Counted from the stretch's first letter, positions 11,643-21,630 are shown. The stretch is DNA of 64,000 nucleotides from Acholeplasma sp. (GCA_012838635.1 DUOW01000009.1:1540-65539), one strand, 5' to 3'. A program made the numbers and translations. The notes: generated by a model not told the origin, from the letters alone.

Positions 11643-12258
11643 TAAGCAACCTTTTAATAAATGAATTATTTCTTAATTCATAATCTAGCGTAGTACTTCT
11701 TCCATGGCCAGGATAGATTGTTTCAATTTCAAAAGTTGTAATTTTTTTCAAACTTTTCTTCATATCGATTTCAGACCCAGAGGCAAGATCCATTCTTCCA
11801 ATTGATCTTTTAAACAAAAAATCACCTGAAAATAAGTTTTTCTCGATTAAATACGATGTAGAATCAGCAGTGTGACCAGGAGTTAAAATTGCTTTAATTT
11901 CTAAATCTATTAGTGAAAACTCTAAATCTTTTTCAATTAAAAATAACTCTTCATTACTTAAATCCATAACTATTTCTTCTTCTAAATTACCTCTTGAAGC
12001 ATTAATCTCAGGGTTTTTTAAATATTGAAATGTTTTCTTGCTCATAACAAACAGTAACCCTTTATTTAGATAACTCTCTAAAAAAGATATATGGTCATAA
12101 TGACAATGAGTAATTAAAACTGCCTTTAAATTATAGTCTTTTACCTCATCATAAGGGATAACAGGCTCAATTAAAATAGATTCATTATTATTAGTAATTA
12201 AATAAGCTTTATTATCCCAGTTATAGACCCCATATTCAGTTAATGTCTTAATCTTCAA
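11635..12258 (-). CDS. MBL-fold metallo-hydrolase
   Basis: HCHYDH (HxHxDH) motif, later TPGHT and D..F; 207 aa. Confidence 0.75.
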   Translation of the reverse strand: MKIKTLTEYGVYNWDNKAYLITNNNESILIEPVIPYDEVKDYNLKAVLITHCHYDHISFLESYLNKGLLFVMSKKTFQYLKNPEINASRGNLEEEIVMDLSNEELFLIEKDLEFSLIDLEIKAILTPGHTADSTSYLIEKNLFSGDFLFKRSIGRMDLASGSEIDMKKSLKKITTFEIETIYPGHGRSTTLDYELRNNSFIKRLLND

Positions 12259-12261
12259 TTT

Positions 12262-13188
12262 TTATACCTCCTGATGACGAACGGCATAACTTGCGCCATA
12301 AATACCAGCTTTGTTTCCTAACTCTGCTAGTTTAAAATCAGTATTTTCAATTGTATAAAAGGCGTAACTATAGAATTTCTTTTCTAGTTTATCAATCAAA
12401 AACTGACCTGCTTTACTAACACCACCACCAATTACAAAAGCCTCAGGGTTAATAACACTAGATACAATTGATAAACCTAAAGCAAGTTTATGGATCATCT
12501 CATCTACAACTTCTAAAGCTACTTCATCTCCTTCTTTCGCTAAATCAAAGACTAATTTAGAAGTAATCTCTTCATCGCTATAATCATTTATTTTTGTATT
12601 TCTTCCAATACGCAATTCATTAGCAGTGATAACTACACCTGTAGCCGAAGCATATTGTTCTAGGCAGTCAAATAAGCCACAAGCACATTTTCTTACATTG
12701 CCAATATTTACCTTTAAATGGCCAATTTCACCAGCAGAACCTGACACTCCTTCAACTAAATGATTTCCTACCATAACGCCACCACCAACACCAGTTCCTA
12801 GCGTTACTAAAACAAAACTAGAGTATTTTTTACCACCACCATAGGCCCATTCACCGATTGTAGCAGCATTAGCATCATTTAATACTTTAATCTTTACTTT
12901 TGGATATTTAGCTTTAATAATTGAAGTAATATCAAAACGGCCCCAACCAAGATTTTCACATCCTAAAATATGACCATCAACAACTGGTCCTGGAATTCCT
13001 AGTCCAATACCTTCTAGTTCATCTTTTTCTAAAAGCTCATCAATTGCTTTAAAAACATCATCTAAAATGTATTTACCTTTATCAGCTTTGTTAGTTTTAA
13101 TTCGCATCTCTTTTACAAGCTCATCACCGTAAAACTTACCTAATTTAATATCAGTACCACCAATATCAACACCAACAGTACACTTCAT
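12262..13188 (-). CDS. glcK: ROK-family glucokinase
   Basis: GVDIGGTDIKLG ATP motif, CACGLFDCLEQYAS zinc motif, ROK signature. Confidence 0.85.
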   Translation of the reverse strand: MKCTVGVDIGGTDIKLGKFYGDELVKEMRIKTNKADKGKYILDDVFKAIDELLEKDELEGIGLGIPGPVVDGHILGCENLGWGRFDITSIIKAKYPKVKIKVLNDANAATIGEWAYGGGKKYSSFVLVTLGTGVGGGVMVGNHLVEGVSGSAGEIGHLKVNIGNVRKCACGLFDCLEQYASATGVVITANELRIGRNTKINDYSDEEITSKLVFDLAKEGDEVALEVVDEMIHKLALGLSIVSSVINPEAFVIGGGVSKAGQFLIDKLEKKFYSYAFYTIENTDFKLAELGNKAGIYGASYAVRHQEV

Positions 13189-14111
13189 TATTTCACCTCA
13201 TCTTCTAATAATCTCGGTAAATCTTCCCAGATTTGGTCTAAAGCATATAATTCTCTTTGTTCTTTAGAAAAAACATGAACGATAATTGCTCCTAAATCAA
13301 CTAAAACCCAAGATGAATCACCAGGTCCTTCAACACCACGAATCTCTAAATTTGGTTCTTTCTTTAAATGAAGCGGTACTGCTTGCATTTGTCTTGAAGA
13401 CGATGCGGTAGCTACAATCGCATAATCATATAAAGGTGTTGAACCTCTAACATCATATATTTTAATATTGTTTAATTTAATTCCTTCTAAAACATCTTTT
13501 ACTTTTAATAATTCTTCCAAATTGTCCTCCTTTAGTAAATATTTATAATTGTTATACATTGCAAGTGTATAAGGATGAATTTCCATTTGTCTTTTTTTAA
13601 GTACTTGCATTTGGTAATAAGCAGTTAAAACAGCTGCTTTTTTATAGTCTTTAAAAGCAAGTTTTCTTAACAACCCAGCTTCTTTATAAGGTCTTCCTTC
13701 TTCAGTAAGGTCAGCTAAATAGATAATAAAATCTAAATCACTCATCTTTTCATAACCTGTTGTATGATATTTAACGGCATTTAAAATCTCTTGATCTTTA
13801 ATTCCTAGCTCTTCTTCTATAATATAAGGAGCTAAAAGTGCATGCCAGATTTTATAATTAGTCTTATGATAAAATTCCAAATCAAGATGATGTTTTTTAA
13901 TTACTTCTAAAAATTCTTCTTTGCTTACATTCTTACAATAATCATGAATTAGAGCTGCAAGTTTAACTTTTTCTAAATCAATATTTATCTTATTTTTCAA
14001 AACAATTTCTAAAGCCATATCTTGTGTTCTCAAAGAATGCAAATAACGATCATCATCTTCTTCATTTAGCTTTAATTTTAGTTTATCTTTAATTTTCTCT
14101 AATTTAATCAA
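13188..14111 (-). CDS. Fusion protein: YqeK HD-domain hydrolase (N-terminal ~190 aa) + ribosome silencing factor RsfS (C-terminal ~110 aa)
   Basis: N-terminal part with HSLRT...ALIHDYCK...KYHTTGY. C-terminal part IKIYDVRGSTPLYDYAIVATASSSRQMQAV...WVLVDLGAIIVHVFSKEQRELYALDQIWEDLP (RsfS/iojap). One uninterrupted frame. Confidence 0.8.
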   Translation of the reverse strand: MIKLEKIKDKLKLKLNEEDDDRYLHSLRTQDMALEIVLKNKINIDLEKVKLAALIHDYCKNVSKEEFLEVIKKHHLDLEFYHKTNYKIWHALLAPYIIEEELGIKDQEILNAVKYHTTGYEKMSDLDFIIYLADLTEEGRPYKEAGLLRKLAFKDYKKAAVLTAYYQMQVLKKRQMEIHPYTLAMYNNYKYLLKEDNLEELLKVKDVLEGIKLNNIKIYDVRGSTPLYDYAIVATASSSRQMQAVPLHLKKEPNLEIRGVEGPGDSSWVLVDLGAIIVHVFSKEQRELYALDQIWEDLPRLLEDEVK

Positions 14112-14653
14112 TTTATCAACTCTTTCAATTCTTCATAAACATGAGGGTGTTTTTTTTTGATTCTTTTATATATTCTTTGTTCGCGGGCACGATTAAATTT
14201 TGTATACCATTTTTCATTTGTTTTTTTGATTGCTTTAACTAAAATAGTATCAATTTCTAGTTTATGAGCACCATAAACATCAGTCATAATCTGATCCCCA
14301 ACAAGCATCACTTCACTTAGATCCGTAACTTCAAGTAGTTTAAGCGCCTTTTTAAACCCCTTTTTTAAAGGTTTCATCGCCCTAAAAACAGATAAACAAT
14401 TGAGAGGTTCAATAAACTTATCAACTCTTTCTTTAGAATTATTCGAAATTATTAAAATCATAAACCCAATTTCTTGTACTTTCTTTAATAACTGTACTAC
14501 CTTCTCATCACAAACTTCTTGATCATAAGGTGCTAGAGTATTATCTAAATCAAACATAATATATCTTTTACCATATTGATAATATTTTTCATAATCAATA
14601 TCGAAAATAGTTTTATAATAAGCCATTGGAACATATTTATAAATTCTTCCCAT
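14108..14653 (-). CDS. yqeG: YqeG-family HAD phosphatase
   Basis: FDLDNTL, ISNNS, VGDQIMTDV HAD motifs; sits upstream of yqeK as in Bacillus. Confidence 0.8.
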   Translation of the reverse strand: MGRIYKYVPMAYYKTIFDIDYEKYYQYGKRYIMFDLDNTLAPYDQEVCDEKVVQLLKKVQEIGFMILIISNNSKERVDKFIEPLNCLSVFRAMKPLKKGFKKALKLLEVTDLSEVMLVGDQIMTDVYGAHKLEIDTILVKAIKKTNEKWYTKFNRAREQRIYKRIKKKHPHVYEELKELIN

Positions 14654-14699
14654 ACTACTACCTCATAGATACATTTTACCATATTTCACTTAAAAAGTA

Positions 14700-14725
14700 A
14701 AAATAAAAAGCCAGTTAAGGCTTTT
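14700..14725 (-). terminator. Terminator after asnA
   Basis: AAAAGCC (14706-14712) / GGCTTTT (14719-14725), 6-nt loop, T-rich tail on the minus strand. Confidence 0.6.
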
Positions 14726-14727
14726 TA

Positions 14728-15732
14728 TTATAAGATATTAATTTTATTTCCTTCTAAAATTTTTAGATCTTCTTCATCCCAAAGTGATGCTTGAACCTCA
14801 CCAATATGAATCTTATTAAGTAAAATCAAACAAAGACGAGATTGGCCAATTCCTCCACCAATACAATAGGGCAATTCTTTATTTAAAACAGCTTGATGAT
14901 AAGGAAGTTCCAATCTTTCTAAAGCATTACTAGCCTTAAGTTGTTTAAGTAAACTTGCCTCATCTACTCTAATTCCCATTGAAGATAGTTCAATTGCCAT
15001 ATCTAGTTCATCACTCCAAATTAGGATATCTCCATTTAAATCCCAATCATCATAATCAGGTGCTCTTAAATCATGAACTTTACCATTATCTAAAGTCTTA
15101 CCAATCTCTGATAAAAATACTAATCTTTTTTCCTTGCAAATAGCATTTTCTCTTTCTTTAGGACTTAAATTAGGATACATCTTATATAAATCATTACTAG
15201 AAATAAAGTACAAATCTTGTTCTAATGATTTATTGACTAAACCATATTTCTTATTTAAAACAAAATAAGTTTCCTTTAATGCTTTAATAATTAATTCTAC
15301 AGTTTCTTTTAAGTATTCTTTATTTCTTTTATCTTTAGAAATCGCCTTTTCCCAGTCCCATTGGTCTACATAAATAGAATGCAAATTATCTAAATCTTCA
15401 TCTTTACGAATCGCATTCATATCTGTGTAAAGTCCTTGATCTAATGGAATATTGTATTTTTTTAAAGCTACTCTTTTCCATTTTGCAAGCGACTGAACGA
15501 TTTCAACTTTCTTGCCATTTGCTTTCATCTCAAAACTTACTGGGCGTTCAACTCCGCTTAAATTATCATTTAAGCCTGTTTCAGGATAAACAAATAAAGG
15601 AGCAGATACTCTTAATAAATTTAAGTTTTCAGAAAGTTTTCTTTCGAAAGTATCTTTTGCATCTTTGATTGCTTTTTGTGTCTCAATTAAAGAAAGTTTG
15701 CTTTTATAGTTTTTTGGAATATAAACACTCAT
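14728..15732 (-). CDS. asnA: Aspartate--ammonia ligase (asparagine synthetase A)
   Basis: 334 aa with ...SAPLFV..TGLNDNLSGVERPVSF... and GGGIGQSRLCL class-II synthetase-like motifs. Confidence 0.9.
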   Translation of the reverse strand: MSVYIPKNYKSKLSLIETQKAIKDAKDTFERKLSENLNLLRVSAPLFVYPETGLNDNLSGVERPVSFEMKANGKKVEIVQSLAKWKRVALKKYNIPLDQGLYTDMNAIRKDEDLDNLHSIYVDQWDWEKAISKDKRNKEYLKETVELIIKALKETYFVLNKKYGLVNKSLEQDLYFISSNDLYKMYPNLSPKERENAICKEKRLVFLSEIGKTLDNGKVHDLRAPDYDDWDLNGDILIWSDELDMAIELSSMGIRVDEASLLKQLKASNALERLELPYHQAVLNKELPYCIGGGIGQSRLCLILLNKIHIGEVQASLWDEEDLKILEGNKINIL

Positions 15733-17108
15733 TATTTAACACTAGGCATACTTGCAGCAGTTTCAGATTGTCCTACTCTTCTTGTAGCCTCATCTGGCAA
15801 AGCAACAGTAATATGGGCTAGATGTGGATATTCTTCTTTAAATACTTTATTACAAGTATTAGTGATTTGTTCTCCACCTTTGCCACTTACAACTCTTCCC
15901 ATTAATAATACATGTTTAATTTCATAAAACTTCGCATAGTAAGCAAGTGTATATGCTAAATAAATACCAATATCAGTGAAGATTTGTGCTGCAAACTCAT
16001 CTCCTTCATCATTTAATTTTTGAATAACTTTAAGTTTTTGGGCTGGAGTTAATCCTTCTTCAAATTTAAAGCCATTATCTTCAGCAAGTTTAATAACCCC
16101 ATCTTGAGAAAAGTATTTAACACCACAGCCATAGTCTCCACTCCATTCATCAACCATAGCCTTAGGATTTAAGTCAACAGGTACAAAAGCAAGTTCAGAT
16201 AAATATCCTCTTAAGTTACCATTTAAGTCTACATAACCAACAGCTTCACTAGTACCCATCGCAATACCTAAAACGCCATTATCTTTTAAGCCACGAGCTC
16301 CAGCTAAAGCAGCTACATCTCCATCATTTGCAACTGTAAATGGAATATCACCAAATGTATCATGAACTGCTCTAATATAAATATCTTTTACATATTTTTG
16401 GAAGTCTTCATCGCCAACTTTGATGAAAAGTGATGCTACCATAGCTTTTTTATTAATATAAATACCAGCACTAGAAATACCAACAGCATCTACTCTTCCA
16501 CCTAAATGCTCTTTAGCTTTTTTGAATGAATCTACAATACCATCATAGTGATACTGAGGATTAGAATTTGTTTTCGGATTCCAAACAGTTTCAGTTGCAA
16601 AGACAGTTTTACCATCAATAACTGCTGATACTTTACGGTCAGACCCACCAGCATCAAAGCCAATACGATGTCCAGATAAGTCACCTTGAACTTCAATAAC
16701 TTCTTTATTTTCTTTCAATTTTCCAGGACATCTTTCATATCTAACTTCAAACTTTTCTTCATAAACTCTTTCCATAAAGTGTGTATCGAAATCTCTTTTA
16801 CCACCATATGAATATTGTTTCTTAAGTTCATCAGCTAAAACTTTTGATCCACCAATAATAACTTTAAAGCCACCACTTAACCAAAGTAGCGTCTTAACAA
16901 CTCTTTCTAAAATTAGAATTGTTTCTTCATCATGGCCAGTATTATCTTTAAAAGCTGGCACTTTGTAAATATAATTGTAACCATCATTTCTCTCAACACA
17001 AATTGTAATTTCGTGTTTACCTTCTTTTTTAGCTCTTGCTACATAATCATCTAATTCCACCCCAATTGGGCGAAATCCTGGGTCTAATTTTGGTGCATAC
17101 TTCTTCAT
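15732..17108 (-). CDS. ROK/ASKHA-type sugar-kinase-like protein with ~140-aa N-terminal extension
   Basis: From about residue 145: HRIGFDAGGSDRKV... ISSAGIY... GIAMGTSEA... LMGRVVSG, an actin-fold kinase pattern. The N-terminal part is unrecognised. Its TAA overlaps the asnA ATG by 1 nt. Confidence 0.5.
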   Translation of the reverse strand: MKKYAPKLDPGFRPIGVELDDYVARAKKEGKHEITICVERNDGYNYIYKVPAFKDNTGHDEETILILERVVKTLLWLSGGFKVIIGGSKVLADELKKQYSYGGKRDFDTHFMERVYEEKFEVRYERCPGKLKENKEVIEVQGDLSGHRIGFDAGGSDRKVSAVIDGKTVFATETVWNPKTNSNPQYHYDGIVDSFKKAKEHLGGRVDAVGISSAGIYINKKAMVASLFIKVGDEDFQKYVKDIYIRAVHDTFGDIPFTVANDGDVAALAGARGLKDNGVLGIAMGTSEAVGYVDLNGNLRGYLSELAFVPVDLNPKAMVDEWSGDYGCGVKYFSQDGVIKLAEDNGFKFEEGLTPAQKLKVIQKLNDEGDEFAAQIFTDIGIYLAYTLAYYAKFYEIKHVLLMGRVVSGKGGEQITNTCNKVFKEEYPHLAHITVALPDEATRRVGQSETAASMPSVK

Positions 17109-17120
17109 TCTAAAATCCTC

Positions 17121-17600
17121 CTATTCTATACTTAAAATTTTAATTCTTTGTTCTGAATTAGCTTCAGTCTTAATAACTTTTTCATCTCCAACTTTAGCAT
17201 TTAAAACTGCCTTACCAATTGGTGCTTCAGCAGAAACTTTCATATCTCCTGCTTTCATTGAAGATTCTAAATTACTACTTACTAAAGTAAAAGTAAATTC
17301 TAAATCTTTCTTTTGCTTTGCATTTTTGTAAATCTTGATTGTAATTTGCTTTCCTAAATTATCTTTATCTGAAGAATTAATAATCACAGCATTTTTTACA
17401 ATCTCTTCCAGCTCTACAATTCTAGCTTCAATACGAGATTGTTCATTTCTTGCTGCATCATAATCAGCATTTTCTGATAAATCCCCTTGAGCCCTCGCAT
17501 CAGCAATAGCTTGGATAATCCTTGGCCTTTCTATATTTTTTAAATTATCTAATTCAATTTTAAAGTTTTCTAAACCTTGTTCAGTTAATTTGTGTTGCAT
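17121..17600 (-). CDS. greA: Transcription elongation factor GreA
   Basis: LT..G...L..EL..L....RP.I...I..AR..GDLSENA.Y.AA pattern; 159 aa. Confidence 0.95.
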   Translation of the reverse strand: MQHKLTEQGLENFKIELDNLKNIERPRIIQAIADARAQGDLSENADYDAARNEQSRIEARIVELEEIVKNAVIINSSDKDNLGKQITIKIYKNAKQKKDLEFTFTLVSSNLESSMKAGDMKVSAEAPIGKAVLNAKVGDEKVIKTEANSEQRIKILSIE

Positions 17601-17658
17601 ATAACCTCCTTATATATATTGTTTCTATTATATCAAATTTCCCCACATTTTACCAGCA

Positions 17659-18840
17659 TTATTTTTTTCTCATTAAAGTTCCTTCTTCTAACATAAAAGG
17701 AACAGTAAAGGTAATAACTTCTAGTGGATGCGGCGCAACTTCAATTCTTTCCCCTTCTTCATTTTTCATCTCATCAATGATAAAACTAACAGCATCTTTA
17801 TGAGGCATAATGAACTCAACTTCATCACCAATTTTAAAATGATTTCTTTGTTCCAAAGTGACTTCTTTAGTTTTAGGATTAAAATCTAAAACTTTACCTA
17901 AAAAGTTTTTAGGCGCATTTTCTAACTTAGGATCAAAATATTGTTCATCTTGTTTAACATCGCCTTTTAAAAAGCCTGTTGCTGTTTCTCTACTTTCTAC
18001 ATACCTTAATTCTTCTTCATAAATCTTAAAGTCATTAATTTTACCTGTTTTTAAATATTCATCAATTAAAGCCCGATAAATTCTCGTTATTGAAGCAATA
18101 TAATAAACAGATTTCATTCTTCCTTCAATTTTTAAAGAATCAATCCCAATATCAATCATTTCTGGAATTAATCTTAAAGCGCATAAATCTTTAGATCCCA
18201 TAGTAAAGTTTTCTTCCTTACCCGAATCAAGCTTAAGTGCATAATTCCACCTACAAGAATGAGCACAACCACCACGGTTAGCATCACGGCAAGCCATATA
18301 ATTACTTAAAATACATCTACCGCTCAAACCAGCACACATTCCCCCATGAATAAATACTTCTAGTTTCAGTTTAGTCTTTTCTTTAATAACCTTTAGTTCT
18401 TCTAAACTTAATTCTCTACCTAAAACGATACGATCAACACCTAAATCTTCATAAAACTTAATCGCCTCGCTATTGATAACTGAGCATTGCGTACTAATGT
18501 GTTTTTCAATATTTTTCGTATATTTACTTACAAAATATAAATAAGCAAAACTTGAAATAATAAGGCCATCAATTCCTATTTCATTTAAAGCAATTAAATA
18601 TTCTTTTAAGCCCTCAAAATCTTCATTATGAGGAACAATATTCAATGTAACATATACTTTCACATTATGCTCATGGGCAAACTTAACTCCTTCTTTAATA
18701 TCACTTAAAGTAAAGTTAGATGCCTTAGCCCTTAAACTAAAACTCATTCCCCCAAAATAAACAGCATCAGCTCCATACATAACAGCATACTTTAATCTTT
18801 CTAAATCACCAGCAGGTATCAGTAATTCTACTTTTTTCAT
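17659..18840 (-). CDS. yrrO: U32-family peptidase-like protein (YrrO/TrhP2 type, tRNA U34 hydroxylation)
   Basis: ELLIPAGDLERLKYAVMYGADAVYFGG..., conserved Cys cluster (CAG..GRC...C..RDANRGGCAHSCR); in the trmR-yrrN-yrrO order known from Bacillus. Confidence 0.8.
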   Translation of the reverse strand: MKKVELLIPAGDLERLKYAVMYGADAVYFGGMSFSLRAKASNFTLSDIKEGVKFAHEHNVKVYVTLNIVPHNEDFEGLKEYLIALNEIGIDGLIISSFAYLYFVSKYTKNIEKHISTQCSVINSEAIKFYEDLGVDRIVLGRELSLEELKVIKEKTKLKLEVFIHGGMCAGLSGRCILSNYMACRDANRGGCAHSCRWNYALKLDSGKEENFTMGSKDLCALRLIPEMIDIGIDSLKIEGRMKSVYYIASITRIYRALIDEYLKTGKINDFKIYEEELRYVESRETATGFLKGDVKQDEQYFDPKLENAPKNFLGKVLDFNPKTKEVTLEQRNHFKIGDEVEFIMPHKDAVSFIIDEMKNEEGERIEVAPHPLEVITFTVPFMLEEGTLMRKK

Positions 18841-19649
18841 AGTCCTACCTCACTTATATAGTTTTCTAAAAGCTTGCTGTTTTCTTCAATATTTTCATTT
18901 AAAAGTAAGTCATTATATTTATCTAAAACAAAACCAATGTCTTCAATAAAAGTCCTACCTACTTTCAAAAACTTAAAATTATTTTTAATATCTTTTAATT
19001 CTTTATATAAATACTTTATTTTTTCTAAATAAACAAAATACTCGCCTTCTTCTTCATAAGCTAAATATATATCATCTTTTTCTTGCAACTTATAAACTTT
19101 ATTTGTAAGGCTTTCTTTAATATTTTTAAATTCTTTAAATAACGAAAGAATCGGCCTTTTAGAATAAAAGATCCTTTCATAACCAAATACTTCTAAAAGC
19201 GCATTATCTAAAGTACTAATTACTTCTAGTTCTTTTTGTTTAAGCTCGCGGCTTAAAAAAACAGGTAGCTTTTTACTTGCAAAAAACTCTAACTCCTTTT
19301 TTGAAGTAACCATTGTCTTTCCATCATAGATCAATTTATCAGTTAATCCTTTTTCTTTAAAATAAGTATAAACTGCAAAATCATGGAAAATTAAATAATC
19401 AAAATCTAAAGTTACAATTTGATCTAATAAGCATTTTAAATTGCTTAAATCTTTTTCTCTAACTAAGGCATCTAAATTTAAGAAAACTAACTTCTTTTCT
19501 TTTCTCATTTTCAGAATAATCTTTTTAACCTCATCAAAAGTAAAACGATATTTTGGAAATAAAGAAAAAGATTTAAAGTTAATAATGAAACCAGAAACAT
19601 TAAGCTTTAGATCTTCTAATTTTGTATATTCAGTAATCAATTTACTCAT
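18837..19649 (-). CDS. yrrN: U32-family peptidase-like protein (YrrN/TrhP1 type)
   Basis: Shorter U32-like barrel (KKLVFLNLDALV...DFDYLIFHDFAV); 4-nt overlaps with both neighbours. Confidence 0.6.
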   Translation of the reverse strand: MSKLITEYTKLEDLKLNVSGFIINFKSFSLFPKYRFTFDEVKKIILKMRKEKKLVFLNLDALVREKDLSNLKCLLDQIVTLDFDYLIFHDFAVYTYFKEKGLTDKLIYDGKTMVTSKKELEFFASKKLPVFLSRELKQKELEVISTLDNALLEVFGYERIFYSKRPILSLFKEFKNIKESLTNKVYKLQEKDDIYLAYEEEGEYFVYLEKIKYLYKELKDIKNNFKFLKVGRTFIEDIGFVLDKYNDLLLNENIEENSKLLENYISEVGL

Positions 19650-20260
19650 TTTTTTACACTAACTCCTATACCATCACCAATTTGAAAAAAGTAAGTTTTA
19701 AACTCTTCATTTTCTTTTAAGAAAAGATTGTATTTTTTAAGCTTACTCGTCAGTCCTTTCACATTCTTACTAACATTTTCCTCAAATAATAAATTATGAA
19801 AAAGAAGATTATCACTTACAATAATCCCACCTTCATTCAATAGACTCTTAAATTTATTAAAAAACTTTTCATATTGCGCCTTAGCCCCATCAATAAAAAT
19901 CAAATCATAAGTTTTAAGTTCGCTATTATCAATTGTAAGAGCATCAGCTAAATATAGATTAATTCTTTTTTCTAAGTTAGCTTCACTTACATTTAACTTA
20001 GCTTTAGAGAAAAGTTCTTCATCTCTTTCAATACTATCTACAATTAAATCATCATCAAAACTAGCTAAATTAATCGCACAATAACCAATAGCTGTGCCAA
20101 TTTCTAAAACTCGTTTTGGTGTTTTTAAGTCTATTAACATAAATAAAAAACTAAGACTGTCTTTACTAATAATAGGAACTTTGTTAATCTTAGCATCTTC
20201 TTCAATTTCTTCAATTAATTCTAATTTAAGGTAAGTATTTAAATACTCTAAATAAGTCAT
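19646..20260 (-). CDS. trmR: SAM-dependent O-methyltransferase, TrmR (YrrM) type
   Basis: VLEIGTAIGY SAM motif, class I OMT. The track start 20269 is a GTG inside the RBS AGGTGA; ATG 20260 (MTYLEYL) is preferred. Confidence 0.8.
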   Translation of the reverse strand: MTYLEYLNTYLKLELIEEIEEDAKINKVPIISKDSLSFLFMLIDLKTPKRVLEIGTAIGYCAINLASFDDDLIVDSIERDEELFSKAKLNVSEANLEKRINLYLADALTIDNSELKTYDLIFIDGAKAQYEKFFNKFKSLLNEGGIIVSDNLLFHNLLFEENVSKNVKGLTSKLKKYNLFLKENEEFKTYFFQIGDGIGVSVKK

Positions 20261-20276
20261 CTTTTTCACCTATATT

Positions 20277-20305
20277 ATTATACACCAAAAACCAAACTTT
20301 ATCAA
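20277..20305 (-). promoter_or_regulatory. Promoter of the trmR-yrrN-yrrO operon
   Basis: Minus strand TTGATA (20305-20300), 17 nt, TATAAT (20282-20277). Confidence 0.6.
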
Positions 20306-20306
20306 T

Positions 20307-20331
20307 AAAAAGGGCAATAAGCCCTTTTATT
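20307..20331 (-). terminator. Terminator after the XRE/TPR regulator gene
   Basis: AAAGGGC-aata-GCCCTTT hairpin with flanking A/T runs. Confidence 0.65.
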
Positions 20332-20347
20332 TTTTAATAATTTTTAT

Positions 20348-21586
20348 TTAAAATAAACCGCCAAAATGTAATTCTTTTAGTCTAAAATATGATGCTTTAT
20401 ATTTAGCTTGACTTTCTAAGATTGTAGCAAACTCATAGTTATAAAAACGATCATATAAAGAATAGCGATGATTAGCAATATAAGGAAAAATCTTATATTT
20501 AAGCTCATCTAATAATTCATCATTACTAGCACCATTAAATTTAAGTCGTAGGTAATTAATAAAAACTTCATGAACTTCATCTTCTTCTTTAACACTTAAG
20601 TTTTCTGTAAGATTTAAGAACAACTCACTAACTTTTGGAACTCGATTCAAATAAGCACAAATCCCAATAATAGCCATAAAACGCGGTTGTCTTTGTTTAT
20701 CAGCTTTTAAGACCTCATCAGCTATACCATAACGATAAATGTTTTTTAAATCAATTAAAGTTTTATAATAAAACAAATCATCTTGAATTTCTAAAGAAAA
20801 AGCAGCGACATTTTCTTCCCAAACACTAGCTTTTTCAGAAACATTCATTTCATTTACAATAATCCTCACATAAAGCATTTCTAAAATCATCATTTTATCA
20901 ATTGGATTATATAAATAATTCCTTTTTCTTAAAGAATCATAACTATGAAGAAACATCGGAATATTACCTAAATGAAAAGCATAAATAGCTTTATAATAGT
21001 TAATTAACCATAAAGTATAATTATCAGTAATTTTCGCACTATCTAATTCAGTAAATAAAAGATCTAAATCTGCTGTTTGATGTTTTGATAAATCCATTCC
21101 TATTTTAAGTAAAGTAAGTAAAATCTGCTCTTTTCGGGAAATATTATTGACAATATCTTTCATTTCAATAAATATTTTTCTTAATCCATCATAATCTTTA
21201 ATCATTAATAAATAATAACCTTTTACAATCCTACCGGTTGCAGAAAAATCTAATTCATCAAAAGCATCACTTACTTCTTTAATTGGCTCAAGATCATTCT
21301 TCAAAAAATGGATCAACAAAGAATTTAATATTGTTTCAATTCGAAGCCAATCAACTTTTTTAAACTCAATTCCATAAATTCTTTCAATTTGTTTTAAAAA
21401 TCTTGTTGGTGGAGTTACGAGCATATTTTCAAATTTACTCATATAACTCAAACTACAAACTAATTTTGATGCCTGCTCTAAAGTAAGGCCTAAGCTAACA
21501 CGTGCTTTCTTTGCATAATAAGCATAATACATTTGCTTTAAACTGTGTTCAGGGGTTGGTTCTTTAATTTTAATATTCATTATCAT
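20348..21586 (-). CDS. XRE-family HTH transcriptional regulator with ~340-aa helical-repeat (TPR/RNPP-like) C-terminal domain
   Basis: HTH ...YYAKKARVSLGLTLEQASKLVCSLSYMSKFENM...; the rest is all-helical repeats. The track start 21628 is TTG; ATG 21586 follows GGAGAGAAG. Confidence 0.7.
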   Translation of the reverse strand: MIMNIKIKEPTPEHSLKQMYYAYYAKKARVSLGLTLEQASKLVCSLSYMSKFENMLVTPPTRFLKQIERIYGIEFKKVDWLRIETILNSLLIHFLKNDLEPIKEVSDAFDELDFSATGRIVKGYYLLMIKDYDGLRKIFIEMKDIVNNISRKEQILLTLLKIGMDLSKHQTADLDLLFTELDSAKITDNYTLWLINYYKAIYAFHLGNIPMFLHSYDSLRKRNYLYNPIDKMMILEMLYVRIIVNEMNVSEKASVWEENVAAFSLEIQDDLFYYKTLIDLKNIYRYGIADEVLKADKQRQPRFMAIIGICAYLNRVPKVSELFLNLTENLSVKEEDEVHEVFINYLRLKFNGASNDELLDELKYKIFPYIANHRYSLYDRFYNYEFATILESQAKYKASYFRLKELHFGGLF

Positions 21587-21630
21587 AATCTTCTCTCCTT
21601 CAATATATATATTATTGAAAGAAAACAAAA

